This document shows positions 10,431 through 19,573 of a stretch of 64,000 bases of DNA, piece after piece. The stretch is from the IMG/VR virus record IMGVR_UViG_3300045988_146009, positions 1 through 64,000 of that record; one strand, written 5' to 3'. Each line of letters opens with the position of its first letter. The stretch's first letter is position 1. The notes beneath the pieces were generated by a model. It searched no databases. It had not been told where the DNA came from and worked only from the letters and a program-made list of their open reading frames with translations. The translations under genes and the position numbers were made by a program. This stretch comes from a virus.

Positions 10431-11036
10431 ATGAAGAAACTCAAACAACACTACGGCACTATCCCACCTGGGGGTTGGTCATTCACCATACCGCTCGAAA
10501 TGAGCGAAGTGCTCGTAGGGACCAAGATGATTGCTCCGACCTTGTGGCAGTTGAAGGACGAATTGAACAAGCTGTTCATCCGTAATCAGGAAAGCTTTAA
10601 TGAAACTCTGTTCGAACAGTTCATGTGCAGGAACCTTCCGGAGGACTGGTGTGAAACGTGTGGAGATGAAGGGGACCCGTGGATGGAAGAGAGACCCTTC
10701 GATGCGAAGAAGATTGCCGCCTTCTTTATTACCCTGCTCAGATGGCTACGCAATGGGAAGAAGTTTGTGAGCAAGGAGGAAGCCCAGCGGAGGTATTCGA
10801 AGTGCCTGTCCTGTCCGTTTAGTACACGAGATGTTCCTCCAAGTTTACGCTTAGAGGGGTGCAAGAGTTGCGAGGTGGAGAAGGCCGCGAGGGGAACCAT
10901 CCTGGAAGCGACGAAGAAGTATGGTGCCGTGGACGAGGGAGAGGAGGAACAGGGATTGTCTCCCCTCTATTGCAAGGTGTGTGGATGTGAGTTAAGAGCC
11001 AAAGTCTGGTTTGATATACAGACCAAGTGCTGGTAA
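10431..11036 (+). CDS. Hypothetical Cys-rich protein (201 aa) with several CxxC pairs
   Basis: ORF with pairs CETC, CLSC, CKSC and CKVCGC. Looks like a zinc-binding protein of unknown function. Confidence 0.65.
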   Translation: MKKLKQHYGTIPPGGWSFTIPLEMSEVLVGTKMIAPTLWQLKDELNKLFIRNQESFNETLFEQFMCRNLPEDWCETCGDEGDPWMEERPFDAKKIAAFFITLLRWLRNGKKFVSKEEAQRRYSKCLSCPFSTRDVPPSLRLEGCKSCEVEKAARGTILEATKKYGAVDEGEEEQGLSPLYCKVCGCELRAKVWFDIQTKCW

Positions 11037-11050
11037 GAAAAAATACAAAA

Positions 11051-11090
11051 AGCCCCGAAGAGAACTGGAAAAACTCTTCGGGGCTTTTTG
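11051..11090. terminator. Strong, probably bidirectional, intrinsic terminator at the convergence of the + and - blocks
   Basis: AGCCCCGAAGAG-loop-CTCTTCGGGGCT, a 12-bp perfect stem. An A-run lies 5' and TTTTTG lies 3'. Confidence 0.75.
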
Positions 11091-11159
11091 ATTGACAACA
11101 ATAAGTGAGGGGGCGTAACCCTCTTGACATGTTGAATATACTATATAGGGATTATTATG

Positions 11160-11438
11160 TCAAGGACAAAATTCCGTAGATGGGCAGACGGTGAAAGAGT
11201 TGCGGGGAGAGGGAGGGATAAGTGGAGGTTGTTTCCATTCAAATTTTCCAAAGTAAAGAGAGGTGTGTAGTCCCATCGGAGCAACCTGTTCTTCTGTTCT
11301 GATGAAGAAGGAATCAACGCCACCGCCGTAGAAGATAGGGTTGCTCAAGGGTTCCTGTCTGTTGCTTGGGGTGAAGAGAATGAGTCTTCCCCAATTGTTC
11401 TGGTCCTTTAGTTCGATGATTAATTCGTGATAGTTCAT
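11160..11438 (-). CDS. Hypothetical protein (92 aa)
   Basis: ORF only. Proline-rich C-terminus. First gene of the leftward block. Confidence 0.4.
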   Translation of the reverse strand: MNYHELIIELKDQNNWGRLILFTPSNRQEPLSNPIFYGGGVDSFFIRTEEQVAPMGLHTSLYFGKFEWKQPPLIPPSPRNSFTVCPSTEFCP

Positions 11439-11920
11439 TACTTTGAGGTGGGTAGAATTACTACTTTGAAAAGTTGAAGGTAGTGATGATAGGTGAAAAG
11501 GATTATGTCCATCCAGTCGTCATCCTCCTTGTTGTACAGGGTAATCCTACCATCAGGCTCAACCCGTATCACATCCAAGGTGTTCCCGCAAAGCTCCAGG
11601 GTTGGGGAAGGAACATTTTCGTATGTGCAAAACATAGACTTTGCGAACCCGATGTCGAGTAAGGCCAGTCCCTCGTCGAAAGAAAGGGGAAGAGAAAGGA
11701 TGGGGTCAATCGTCGTGCTGTGAATGTACCCATTAATATTTTCACTGCATCCCTCCTGGAGAAGTTTTTTCCTGCTAGAAAAGAACATAGCTGGGTGGAA
11801 GGACTTCCGTTCACAGGAGAATATCTTCTCGTGGTGGTTCTTGAAAACCAGCTTGCTTGAATCCGTGGTCTCATACAAGGTGTATGGCTTGAGGATTGTT
11901 TCGATAATTGTGTCGCTCAT
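11438..11920 (-). CDS. Hypothetical protein. The ORF track gives 11438..12025, but the likely start is MSDTIIE at 11920.
   Basis: The N-terminal extension of the long ORF covers a terminator hairpin and the GTATGACACAA motif, so an internal start is favoured. Confidence 0.55.
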   Translation of the reverse strand: MSDTIIETILKPYTLYETTDSSKLVFKNHHEKIFSCERKSFHPAMFFSSRKKLLQEGCSENINGYIHSTTIDPILSLPLSFDEGLALLDIGFAKSMFCTYENVPSPTLELCGNTLDVIRVEPDGRITLYNKEDDDWMDIILFTYHHYLQLFKVVILPTSK

Positions 11921-11974
11921 TGTTACTGGACTATAGCAGGGGAGATTAAAATGTAAAGGGTCTCTTGTGTCATA

Positions 11975-12012
11975 CAAAATAAAACCCCAGGAACGCGCCA
12001 ACGTTCCTGGGG
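11975..12012 (-). terminator. Minus-strand intrinsic terminator (11-bp perfect stem) followed by TTTTATTTTGTATGACACAA
   Basis: CCCCAGGAACG-cgccaa-CGTTCCTGGGG. On the minus strand a T-run follows, then the recurring GTATGACACAA motif. Confidence 0.65.
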
Positions 12013-12043
12013 TAGGTGTATTCATGTATTAGCCGCAAAAATT

Positions 12044-12589
12044 TTAGTGTAACAATTCGTCAACTAGTTCGTAGCAATAGGGGGTATAAAGATGGTTGAA
12101 CTCAGGTGAGGTGTTGAGTAAGTGCAGAGGGAAAGGGTTGGGTGGAGCCGATGGATTCATAAACAACTTTACTCTCGGTAGCTCTTTCGTCCCTATGGTA
12201 TAGTAGAGATGGCCATCCCCGCCCTTAAAAACAAATTGATGTCCATCGCAAGTCGGGAGATTAATGAAGTTAGTGGACGAGTTTCCTTGACATACGAGAA
12301 CACCATTAGGGGAGTGCTTGAAGAAAGACATAGCACTTACCAAATCCATGGAAAACAAACTCATAATATGGGGAATATCATTCGTTTCCATTTTAGTAAG
12401 GTCAGACAAGGTGGGATTGATTTCTGTGATTCTAGGAGATGCACAGAGTTGTTTTATACTCATATACGGCATATCGTAGGTGTAATATGCTTCACTTATA
12501 TGAAACAACCTGTCCTCTTTTTCAAACACAATCATTCCCGACTCGCCGTGGTCTAATCGGAAAGGTCCTTTTGGAAATTTAATTTTCAT
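12044..12589 (-). CDS. Hypothetical protein (181 aa)
   Basis: ORF with 4-nt start/stop coupling to its upstream neighbour. Confidence 0.6.
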   Translation of the reverse strand: MKIKFPKGPFRLDHGESGMIVFEKEDRLFHISEAYYTYDMPYMSIKQLCASPRITEINPTLSDLTKMETNDIPHIMSLFSMDLVSAMSFFKHSPNGVLVCQGNSSTNFINLPTCDGHQFVFKGGDGHLYYTIGTKELPRVKLFMNPSAPPNPFPLHLLNTSPEFNHLYTPYCYELVDELLH

Positions 12590-13038
12590 TTTTCGTAGAT
12601 AACAAGTAGATTAAGAGAGCCAAATGCAGAGGCTCTATCCCCTGGTTTCATTGCGAGGATGTCGGTATGGTATCCAGGGGGTAGATAAGGCGTATACTCC
12701 TTGATAGTTTTTAACATCTGGTAATCTTCTCCCTTCAATTTTACGAAGGTGTAGGGTGGGGAGAACACCTTTTGAATAGCTTTGGTCATAGGACCATTGA
12801 ACAATCCTCCTTCACAGAATCGAACCTTGGCATGCCTTACGTCGGGGACAACATAGAAATTCCCATAGCTGGCCCACGGAAGATGGGGGCTTCCCTCATA
12901 TTGTGATTTGAGCAGATGGAGAATGCGTTCAAGCCTTCCCTGGTCGGTGGCAAAATCTCTATTAAAGAGGTCGATAAGATAGATTACTTCATCAACATCC
13001 ATCCCGTCCCTTACATATGATTCAAGAAACTGTTTCAT
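12586..13038 (-). CDS. Hypothetical protein (150 aa)
   Basis: ORF, translationally coupled to its neighbours. Confidence 0.6.
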   Translation of the reverse strand: MKQFLESYVRDGMDVDEVIYLIDLFNRDFATDQGRLERILHLLKSQYEGSPHLPWASYGNFYVVPDVRHAKVRFCEGGLFNGPMTKAIQKVFSPPYTFVKLKGEDYQMLKTIKEYTPYLPPGYHTDILAMKPGDRASAFGSLNLLVIYEK

Positions 13039-13529
13039 GATACTAAATGGAATAAGGTTTTTGTATGTTTGGCCACGGGGAAAGCATTTGCTTCATCATG
13101 CACGGGTTCGAGTACACCTACTTCATTTACAGTCAGGTCCCTCACTTCCCAAAGGAAGCCATCTCTACCCACGTAAACAAAACGATAACGAATATCCTTA
13201 TAGTCTGGTGGCTTAGGTACAGAGTTGGATGCTGGAGCATAGGTATCGTATGCAAAGATTCCTTTATTGGAATTAATGACATCATTCAAGGTCTTGTTAA
13301 AATCCCAGGAAGGTTTCTGTGTGTAGTATTCAATATTCCCGTGAAGGATAGACCAGTAGATATACCCTGTGGAAGTGTCATGTGGTTTCCCAGCTATGAC
13401 TTTAATTACATTCTTTTCCATATCATACTGATATACTACGCTGGGGTTGCCAGTGATATAGAAGGGGCCCAAACTTGCATACATCAATTGAAGGGCACGA
13501 GCTATTTTCCTAGGGTCTTCTCTAGACAT
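13035..13529 (-). CDS. Hypothetical protein (164 aa)
   Basis: ORF, translationally coupled to its neighbours. Confidence 0.6.
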   Translation of the reverse strand: MSREDPRKIARALQLMYASLGPFYITGNPSVVYQYDMEKNVIKVIAGKPHDTSTGYIYWSILHGNIEYYTQKPSWDFNKTLNDVINSNKGIFAYDTYAPASNSVPKPPDYKDIRYRFVYVGRDGFLWEVRDLTVNEVGVLEPVHDEANAFPVAKHTKTLFHLVS

Positions 13530-14040
13530 TGTGGCTGGAATAAATTTGAGTTGAAGCGGGCGAAGCGTTCGTATCGTCCTCCATCAGTTTGATTTTATTT
13601 ACTAGAGCGGTGAGGTCACGTCGTACATTTCGGAATTCCTGGCTGATATTAATCGTGTCACTCTCCATATCGAGATACATGGCGTGAACCATGCGAATAA
13701 TAATCAGGTCCTCCGCTCGCTTGTCAATAGAAGGGGAAGCCATTGAGCGGAGGAACCGAGCCATGTTCATCATGAACTTTGAATTGCTCTTGATTCCCTG
13801 CCAGTGGTTCATGAAATCGTTCAGGTAGAATAGGGCCTTGCTCACATCTTCCCTACGCTTACGTTGTCCACCCTTGAGTCCACTCCGCCAGAGATACTTG
13901 ATGCAGTTGCCCATATCAAAGGGAAGGTAACGGGTAAGCTCAATACATTCCATGCCCGAGGGGTGGGAAGTGTAGTGGCTGGGATGGTTAACGATAGACT
14001 GGTTGTCAAGGATAGATTCGATTACGTCTTTTTGATTCAT
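13522..14040 (-). CDS. Phage DUF3310-like protein (VNHPSHYT...ECIE...GNCIKYLWR motifs) with a C-terminal extension
   Basis: N-terminal motifs IVNHPSHYTSHPSGMECIELTRYLPFDMGNCIKYLWRSGLKGG match the conserved phage HPSHY family, as recalled from memory. Confidence 0.6.
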   Translation of the reverse strand: MNQKDVIESILDNQSIVNHPSHYTSHPSGMECIELTRYLPFDMGNCIKYLWRSGLKGGQRKRREDVSKALFYLNDFMNHWQGIKSNSKFMMNMARFLRSMASPSIDKRAEDLIIIRMVHAMYLDMESDTINISQEFRNVRRDLTALVNKIKLMEDDTNASPASTQIYSSHNV

Positions 14041-14071
14041 GTATTATTGTTTGGTTGATTAGGGGAAAGTA

Positions 14072-14278
14072 TTAGTCGTGAATTCCGAGGGCTTCTCCGA
14101 TTAGGCAGGAGTAGACCCCCATGAATAAAAGGAGACAGAAGGACATCTGATTATAGGGGAGGTCTCCCGAACAGGCATCCATTAATGTTAGGGATGTGCC
14201 CGTTAAGAGAAGGATATGTAGGGTTTTAGCCATTAACGTAGTTGTCAATATCTTCCTGGATAGCCCAGGCTTCCTCAT
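14072..14278 (-). CDS. Possible small hydrophobic protein (68 aa)
   Basis: ORF with a hydrophobic core. It overlaps the next gene by 53 nt. Confidence 0.25.
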   Translation of the reverse strand: MRKPGLSRKILTTTLMAKTLHILLLTGTSLTLMDACSGDLPYNQMSFCLLLFMGVYSCLIGEALGIHD

Positions 14279-14534
14279 AACAATGGATTTGAATCTTGCA
14301 AAGCTTCTTGAACGCGAAGAACGCTAAGACCAAATAGAGCGCATAGGCCGAGACGAACGTTACGTAAGGGATGAAGTTCTTAGGGGTCATAACGAGTATA
14401 AAAAACGCTACGATGAAGACGGCAACATCCAGGAGAACCAGCATGGACATCCAGTCTCCAATTTTACGTGCTCTCATTTCGTGTTGTTCCTTGAGCTTTA
14501 CTTTGTTGTCAATGATTGATTGGTTGGTTGTCAT
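14226..14534 (-). CDS. Small integral membrane protein (two predicted TM helices)
   Basis: Hydrophobic stretches MSMLVLLDVAVFIVAFFILVM and YVTFVSAYALYLVLAFFAF. Confidence 0.55.
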   Translation of the reverse strand: MTTNQSIIDNKVKLKEQHEMRARKIGDWMSMLVLLDVAVFIVAFFILVMTPKNFIPYVTFVSAYALYLVLAFFAFKKLCKIQIHCYEEAWAIQEDIDNYVNG

Positions 14535-14589
14535 TTCGAGGTAACTTTATCAGATGGATTTAATATTGCAAGACTTTTCTTTGTCAATT

Positions 14590-14847
14590 TTATAACTTAC
14601 TAAGATTTAATTGGAAGGATAATATTCCCAGGCGAGGGAGAAATAGTCTCACCCCATTGCACCTATCTAAAATAGGATTGAGCAGATGAATCTTTGTGAG
14701 GGCCTTATTAATTGAAAGGGTTGTTATTGACCACCCTATTCTATACATGGCTTCATCAATTTTTTCAACGTGGTCTGGCTGAGGGAATCCTATTTCCGTT
14801 AATGAGTTGGTAATCTTTTTTGTTGCTTTCTCTTTATCGGTATTCAT
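14590..14847 (-). CDS. Hypothetical protein (85 aa)
   Basis: ORF only. Confidence 0.4.
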   Translation of the reverse strand: MNTDKEKATKKITNSLTEIGFPQPDHVEKIDEAMYRIGWSITTLSINKALTKIHLLNPILDRCNGVRLFLPRLGILSFQLNLSKL

Positions 14848-14870
14848 AGAACCTCTATTCTACCACAGTT

Positions 14871-15230
14871 CTAATCATCATTCAATTCTTTTGTTATGAT
14901 GTCAATGATTGTTTTGCAGTCAGACAATAGTGCTTTCTTTTCATCAGCCATTTCCTTGGGGACCTGCGTACCCCGGACCTTGGCTTCGAGACTAGTAACC
15001 CTGTCGAGTATGGAACGAAGGGATTTGATTGCCGCAGGAGTGTCCAGGTTGGCCTTCCACATTTGCTCAGTCTCTGCTATCTTAATGACATAGATGAACA
15101 GGTCAGACCGGAGGGTGTAGAAATACCGGGCTTGGTTGGCTTGGGATATTACTTCTTCAAGATGGTCCGCATGAAGAGGGCCGGAAAGAAGAACGGCTAT
15201 AGCTGAGATTAGTAGGGTTGGTTTTTTCAT
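14871..15230 (-). CDS. Secreted/periplasmic protein with an N-terminal signal peptide
   Basis: MKKPTLLISAIAVLLSGPLHA, then a helical, charged body. Confidence 0.55.
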   Translation of the reverse strand: MKKPTLLISAIAVLLSGPLHADHLEEVISQANQARYFYTLRSDLFIYVIKIAETEQMWKANLDTPAAIKSLRSILDRVTSLEAKVRGTQVPKEMADEKKALLSDCKTIIDIITKELNDD

Positions 15231-15679
15231 TTTCGTAGTACTTTTAAAATGGTTAGTTCGTGGGAGTCAAAGTATGAGGTATTTACGTGGGAACATATTT
15301 CTCCATCAGTGATTTCAGTCCATGCCAACTCATAACCGCGGGCCTTGTCGAGAGCTTCTTCCATTGCTTCTTTGTCTTCCCCAAACTCACTGGGTTTATC
15401 TATATACTCCTTTGGGTTCCGTATTATCTCAAATGCAGTCCATAAGGAATTAGTGATGGTAAAATAACGAAGTTCCTGGTCGAAATCCATCTTTCCAAAT
15501 CCGCTATAGAGAGCAACTACGTAGTTTCCTGGAAGTCCCGCGGCTCTGGCCAGCAGGAAAGTAATCTTCGGTTCGCCAGGAATAGGGGTCTCTTCTACTT
15601 CCTGCTCCTGGCCGGGCTTAAACTGAATGTCCAGTTCAATCATCTTTGAGCAGTGGGGACACGGTATTTGATTTGTCAT
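15227..15679 (-). CDS. Hypothetical protein (150 aa), N-terminal CPHC zinc knuckle
   Basis: ORF with 4-nt coupling to flanking genes. Confidence 0.55.
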   Translation of the reverse strand: MTNQIPCPHCSKMIELDIQFKPGQEQEVEETPIPGEPKITFLLARAAGLPGNYVVALYSGFGKMDFDQELRYFTITNSLWTAFEIIRNPKEYIDKPSEFGEDKEAMEEALDKARGYELAWTEITDGEICSHVNTSYFDSHELTILKVLRK

Positions 15680-16074
15680 TGTGCTTCCTCCTTTTGTTTG
15701 AGTTCTTCCAGGAGAACCTCCTCATTGCCCACCTGTATATTTTGAGTGTTCAGGTTGATAATCTTCCTATGCCCATCACCTGTGTAATTTAGTTCAGCCA
15801 GATAGATGTCATGTTCGAATAATTGCCATGCTCTTTTCCTCTTTTCATAGGTTCCAAAGATGTCACTAGGCCAGTTGCCTACATTCTCTCGGTCTTCAAC
15901 AAGAGAGATAGCTTCCTCCAATGTATTCACAACCGTCAGGTATTCTAGTTTAATAATGCGGCCTACCTCTTTGTAGATGACTACACGGAAATAATTACCT
16001 GGGGTACGATAGATTGAAAATGTAAGTTGTGGGTTCATTTCTTGCTCAGTTCGTTGTATATCGTAGGTTTTCAT
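15676..16074 (-). CDS. Member of the tandem paralog family (TFxhYRTP..FRVhIYKE....EEAISLhEDRE..WPSD)
   Basis: Shares an N-terminal ~60-aa domain with the next two genes. ATGA start/stop overlaps link the array. Confidence 0.65.
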   Translation of the reverse strand: MKTYDIQRTEQEMNPQLTFSIYRTPGNYFRVVIYKEVGRIIKLEYLTVVNTLEEAISLVEDRENVGNWPSDIFGTYEKRKRAWQLFEHDIYLAELNYTGDGHRKIINLNTQNIQVGNEEVLLEELKQKEEAQ

Positions 16075-16421
16075 TGGGGTAATTCTTTCTCTATAAATTC
16101 AATAAGCTTGGTAAGTTCGTCAGGGTCTACTCTAGACTGATACAGGTTACATGCAATTTGGTTGTCCGTATTCACATAAAATTCCAGAAGCTCCACATCT
16201 CTGAGTAAACTTCTCCATATGTCTTCCCTTTCATCATCAGATTCATAGCCATCATCCAGCAGGCCCCGATAATCTTCCCTGTGTCTGGCTATCCATAATG
16301 CTTCATCCAAGGTATAGGTTGTTGCCATGTGCTTGACATAGAAGTTCCTACTATCTTCTTTGAAAATAAAAACCCGGAACCTATTGTTAGGGGTTCTATA
16401 AAGGGTGAATGTAACTTTCAT
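16071..16421 (-). CDS. Member of the tandem paralog family
   Basis: MKVTFTLYRTPNNRFRVFIFKE...DEALWIARHREDYRG aligns with the genes at 15676 and 16418. Confidence 0.65.
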   Translation of the reverse strand: MKVTFTLYRTPNNRFRVFIFKEDSRNFYVKHMATTYTLDEALWIARHREDYRGLLDDGYESDDEREDIWRSLLRDVELLEFYVNTDNQIACNLYQSRVDPDELTKLIEFIEKELPQ

Positions 16422-16756
16422 TTTAAAAAGGCATCTGCAATTTGTTTTCTTTGAGTGAGCTTAACCTTCCGATTAGTGAAGCCAAGTCTTTCCTTAAACG
16501 TATATACCGTGGAATAGGCCATCCTGTTTTTGCAGGGGTAATCAACAAGAAGCGTTCCCATTCTTGAAGCATTATCGAAGCCGTCACTCGGCCACTCCTT
16601 GTAAGTATCCCTGTCCTTAATGAGCGAGATGGCCTCCTCGAACGAATCCACATGCGGGACGAGATGGACACAGTTTCGATGGGTAGCCGTCTCTTCGAAC
16701 AAGAAAATACTATAGTACGAATCGTCCATTTCGTACAGTTCAAACGTTATGTGCAT
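16418..16756 (-). CDS. Member of the tandem paralog family
   Basis: MHITFELYEMDDSYYSIFLFEE...FEEAISLIKDRDTYKEWPSDGF aligns with its neighbours. Confidence 0.65.
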   Translation of the reverse strand: MHITFELYEMDDSYYSIFLFEETATHRNCVHLVPHVDSFEEAISLIKDRDTYKEWPSDGFDNASRMGTLLVDYPCKNRMAYSTVYTFKERLGFTNRKVKLTQRKQIADAFLK

Positions 16757-16760
16757 TAGA

Positions 16761-17120
16761 TTAAAGAAGGGGTTTAAGGTGTTTATAAATACTGGAATTA
16801 ACCGCGGCGGGATAAATATGTTTGACTATTTTGGTAAATCCCATTGCTGGTTTAACGCTAGTCTGAACAAGAAACTTTGTACTTCTCCTGGAGTATAACC
16901 TCTGCACATTAGCAGGATAGATTACATCGGGGAGGGTAGTGTTTACGTCAAAGGTAGAGTATAGATTCTTAATGTACGTAACGGCCTCTTCGGGCGAATA
17001 GGTCAGGAGGTATCCTACTATCCTCAAATAACGTAAACTCTCCTGTTGTACTATCACGATATAGCTCTCCTCAGCCGTCAAGAGCAAATCGTAGGTTAAG
17101 TATTTTTCTTCTTTGTTCAT
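16761..17120 (-). CDS. Possible distant member of the same paralog family (119 aa)
   Basis: LTYDLLLTAEESYIVIVQQES...SPEEAVTYIKNL is a weak match to the family pattern. Confidence 0.45.
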   Translation of the reverse strand: MNKEEKYLTYDLLLTAEESYIVIVQQESLRYLRIVGYLLTYSPEEAVTYIKNLYSTFDVNTTLPDVIYPANVQRLYSRRSTKFLVQTSVKPAMGFTKIVKHIYPAAVNSSIYKHLKPLL

Positions 17121-17167
17121 ATGTCTTACTATAGTATGTGATTTTTAAATGTCGAGATTATTTTTTG

Positions 17168-18079
17168 TCATTCTCTTTCAAGAAACTTAATCTCGTCATA
17201 TTTTGATTTGACTTTTTCAAGGAAGGATTTGAGCATAGCTTTTTCTAATTTGGTAGCCGTCCGTGGAAGTCTAAAATGATTCAGGGTTTGTCCTGTATGT
17301 CCTTTCTTTCCAGAGTTCTCGTTAACAAGAGATACCATAACAGGAATACGGGAGGTGTTGCTTACCCTAAAATAGGTGTGTTGGTCAGGTGTCCCGTTAA
17401 TATCTACAAAATTTATATCCTCAATCCTTTTCATAACTTCCTCAAATGTTTTGAAGATACTAATCTCGATGGCTTGAGAATGTGTAGTTGTTTCCCTGTA
17501 GAAAGTGAGAGCATACTTGTCTTCTAGCTGTAGATAATGCACGGAGAAGGTTACATGGATTCCATTATCCTTACGGTTTTCCCTCTCAATAAAAGCCTTG
17601 GTTTCATCATATAGTTCGGTTACTTTCAGCCATTCGTCAAGAGAAGGAGGGCCCTCCCGGTATTCACCTATGAATACTTCGAGTTGTCCTATGTCGCTAA
17701 GACAAAGCTCAACCAGAACATGAAGATTCTTAAAACGAAGGAATTCTTTGGTGGCTTCTATCTCGTCTCCGTATGTACCAAAAGGAATTTTGTTCCTGCT
17801 CTTGCAAAACTTAATGACATAATCCAATTTCCTATGACTCATAACCCCCAAAACTTTGAAGGAATACATGCCGGAAGAAGTCGTCTCTTCGGTTGCTACC
17901 CCCACATACTTTTTTGATTGAGGGTGATAGTACAGGCCAAAGGTAATGTGTTTCAGGTTCTTCATCTTAATTACAGGGGCATTCTTGAAACGATAGTGAG
18001 TTCCTTGGAAAGAATAACGGAGGCCCATGAGAGGCGCATATACTTTGCAAGTTCCGTCAGGAGGTTGAGGCTCAAACAA
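17168..18079 (-). CDS. Protein with two internal copies of the paralog domain (303 aa in the ORF track; the true start is probably internal, near 17965 or 18028)
   Basis: HITFGLYYHPQSKKYVGVATEE at aa ~44 and VTFSVHYLQLEDKYALTFYRE...FEEVMKRIED at aa ~190. The long form overlaps the 17971..18552 gene. Confidence 0.55.
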   Translation of the reverse strand: MFEPQPPDGTCKVYAPLMGLRYSFQGTHYRFKNAPVIKMKNLKHITFGLYYHPQSKKYVGVATEETTSSGMYSFKVLGVMSHRKLDYVIKFCKSRNKIPFGTYGDEIEATKEFLRFKNLHVLVELCLSDIGQLEVFIGEYREGPPSLDEWLKVTELYDETKAFIERENRKDNGIHVTFSVHYLQLEDKYALTFYRETTTHSQAIEISIFKTFEEVMKRIEDINFVDINGTPDQHTYFRVSNTSRIPVMVSLVNENSGKKGHTGQTLNHFRLPRTATKLEKAMLKSFLEKVKSKYDEIKFLERE

Positions 18080-18552
18080 GCGGTATTTCCAAGCCGTCTT
18101 TCGGGCTCTACTCCGTTCTTGTCCAGACTGATACTAAGGTGAAGAGCAAGGAAAGCCAGGGCCAGCTTTGGAAGATTCTCACATTCCTTTAGAAGGCTTG
18201 CCACCTGCTTTTTGTCCAACGTTGAATAAGAACTCCTGTTCTCCATGTCAATACCATGGCCGTGAATCTTGGCAAGGTTTTTATTGTAGCAATGCAAGGC
18301 GCGGGTGAATGAAGAGTTGAATACATGGTTCAAGTCCTTCCGGTGTTCACTACAGAACTCAATGGGGTTCTCAACCCGGCACAAAGTAATAGCATCCTGA
18401 ATCAGAAATGCCTTAGAAGTTGCGGGAACCATAAGGCCAAACAATACATTTTCAGGCGTTGTTTTTTCAGTATAGGCCCGTTCAATAAGAGTCTTGCTGG
18501 TTCCTTCTTCGGTAAAGTTGAATTCGTTTTTGGAAATATTATCGTTCATCAT
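17971..18552 (-). CDS. Hypothetical protein (193 aa)
   Basis: ORF only. Confidence 0.55.
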   Translation of the reverse strand: MMNDNISKNEFNFTEEGTSKTLIERAYTEKTTPENVLFGLMVPATSKAFLIQDAITLCRVENPIEFCSEHRKDLNHVFNSSFTRALHCYNKNLAKIHGHGIDMENRSSYSTLDKKQVASLLKECENLPKLALAFLALHLSISLDKNGVEPERRLGNTACLSLNLLTELAKYMRLSWASVILSKELTIVSRMPL

Positions 18553-18711
18553 TTTTATATAGGTTATTAAGTAGGTTAATGTTGCTTTTAGGATTCTGTA
18601 GTTGCAGGATGGATTTTCTAAAAAATAGAATGAGGGCTAGGCTAGCTGGAATCAATACCGCCAGAATGGACATGAATGCTATTAACAGTAGAACCAAGAA
18701 AAGAATCTTCA

Positions 18712-19290
18712 TCATAGAGTTATCTTGCTTGTGTCAAGTTTGTTCTTCAAATAATCCAGTTCACGGGGGGTTAACTTGTTAAATTGGAACACCTTAATTC
18801 TTTGTTCGTCAAGCATAAGAGGCTCTTTATCATTAACAATAAGCCTTCTCTCCTTGTTGAGGGGTTTCCGGGTTATGGTGTTGATTTGTGAAAGAGTCCG
18901 CATAGCCACCCCGAAAGATTGCGCTTGAAAATGCCTGATTATTTTGTAAGTTGTACTATTATAAATCTGGACATACAATTTAGAGTCAGGCAAGCGGTGA
19001 ATGCTGAAACTCTTTTCCGGAGACATAGGCGTAATTTGGTAGTCAATAATTAGGGAATCCCCTTCACGGACTACAAAGCCGTCAGTCAAATTCTCCAGCA
19101 TTAAGTGCGCCATGGAGATAATGCAAGGTACTGGATTGGCAAACCACACTTTCATTTTGTAATGGCAATTATATTCAGTCTTCATCTGCGTGCAACTAGG
19201 ACCATATACCCTCACATCCTTACTACTGAAATAACAGAGGGTTAGAAGTTGAGACTGCCATGCACGAAGGCAGTTCATTTTATTGGTCAT
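18712..19290 (-). CDS. Hypothetical protein (192 aa)
   Basis: ORF only. Confidence 0.55.
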   Translation of the reverse strand: MTNKMNCLRAWQSQLLTLCYFSSKDVRVYGPSCTQMKTEYNCHYKMKVWFANPVPCIISMAHLMLENLTDGFVVREGDSLIIDYQITPMSPEKSFSIHRLPDSKLYVQIYNSTTYKIIRHFQAQSFGVAMRTLSQINTITRKPLNKERRLIVNDKEPLMLDEQRIKVFQFNKLTPRELDYLKNKLDTSKITL

Positions 19291-19573
19291 AATTTTTATT
19301 GAGTAGGTTATAAAGTTCTGTCCAGGTTTTTACTTCGTTGATAAGTTCCTTTTTGAAGAAGGCAACCCTTGCATAGGTTGGAGTGGCGATTAAGACCGCC
19401 ATGCGGTGAGGTGAATGAAAAAGCCGTCTCTGAAATGTGGGGAAGAGTTCTTCCCTGTTATTGTGATAAAGCTCCACATAGACCACGGGAAAGGCATTGG
19501 AGATTTGTTTTTCTCTGCTCTCCTTCTTCCGGAACCCTATGCTTTCAAGCTCTAAAATGTAGCCATCAATCAT
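19280..19573 (-). CDS. Hypothetical protein (97 aa)
   Basis: ORF with 4-nt coupling to the 19570..20247 gene. Confidence 0.45.
   Translation of the reverse strand: MIDGYILELESIGFRKKESREKQISNAFPVVYVELYHNNREELFPTFQRRLFHSPHRMAVLIATPTYARVAFFKKELINEVKTWTELYNLLNKNYDQ

Noticed and set aside
10586-11130. Minus-strand ORFs 10586..10900 and 10819..11130
   Set aside because: They overlap the better-supported plus-strand Cys-rich gene and the bidirectional terminator.
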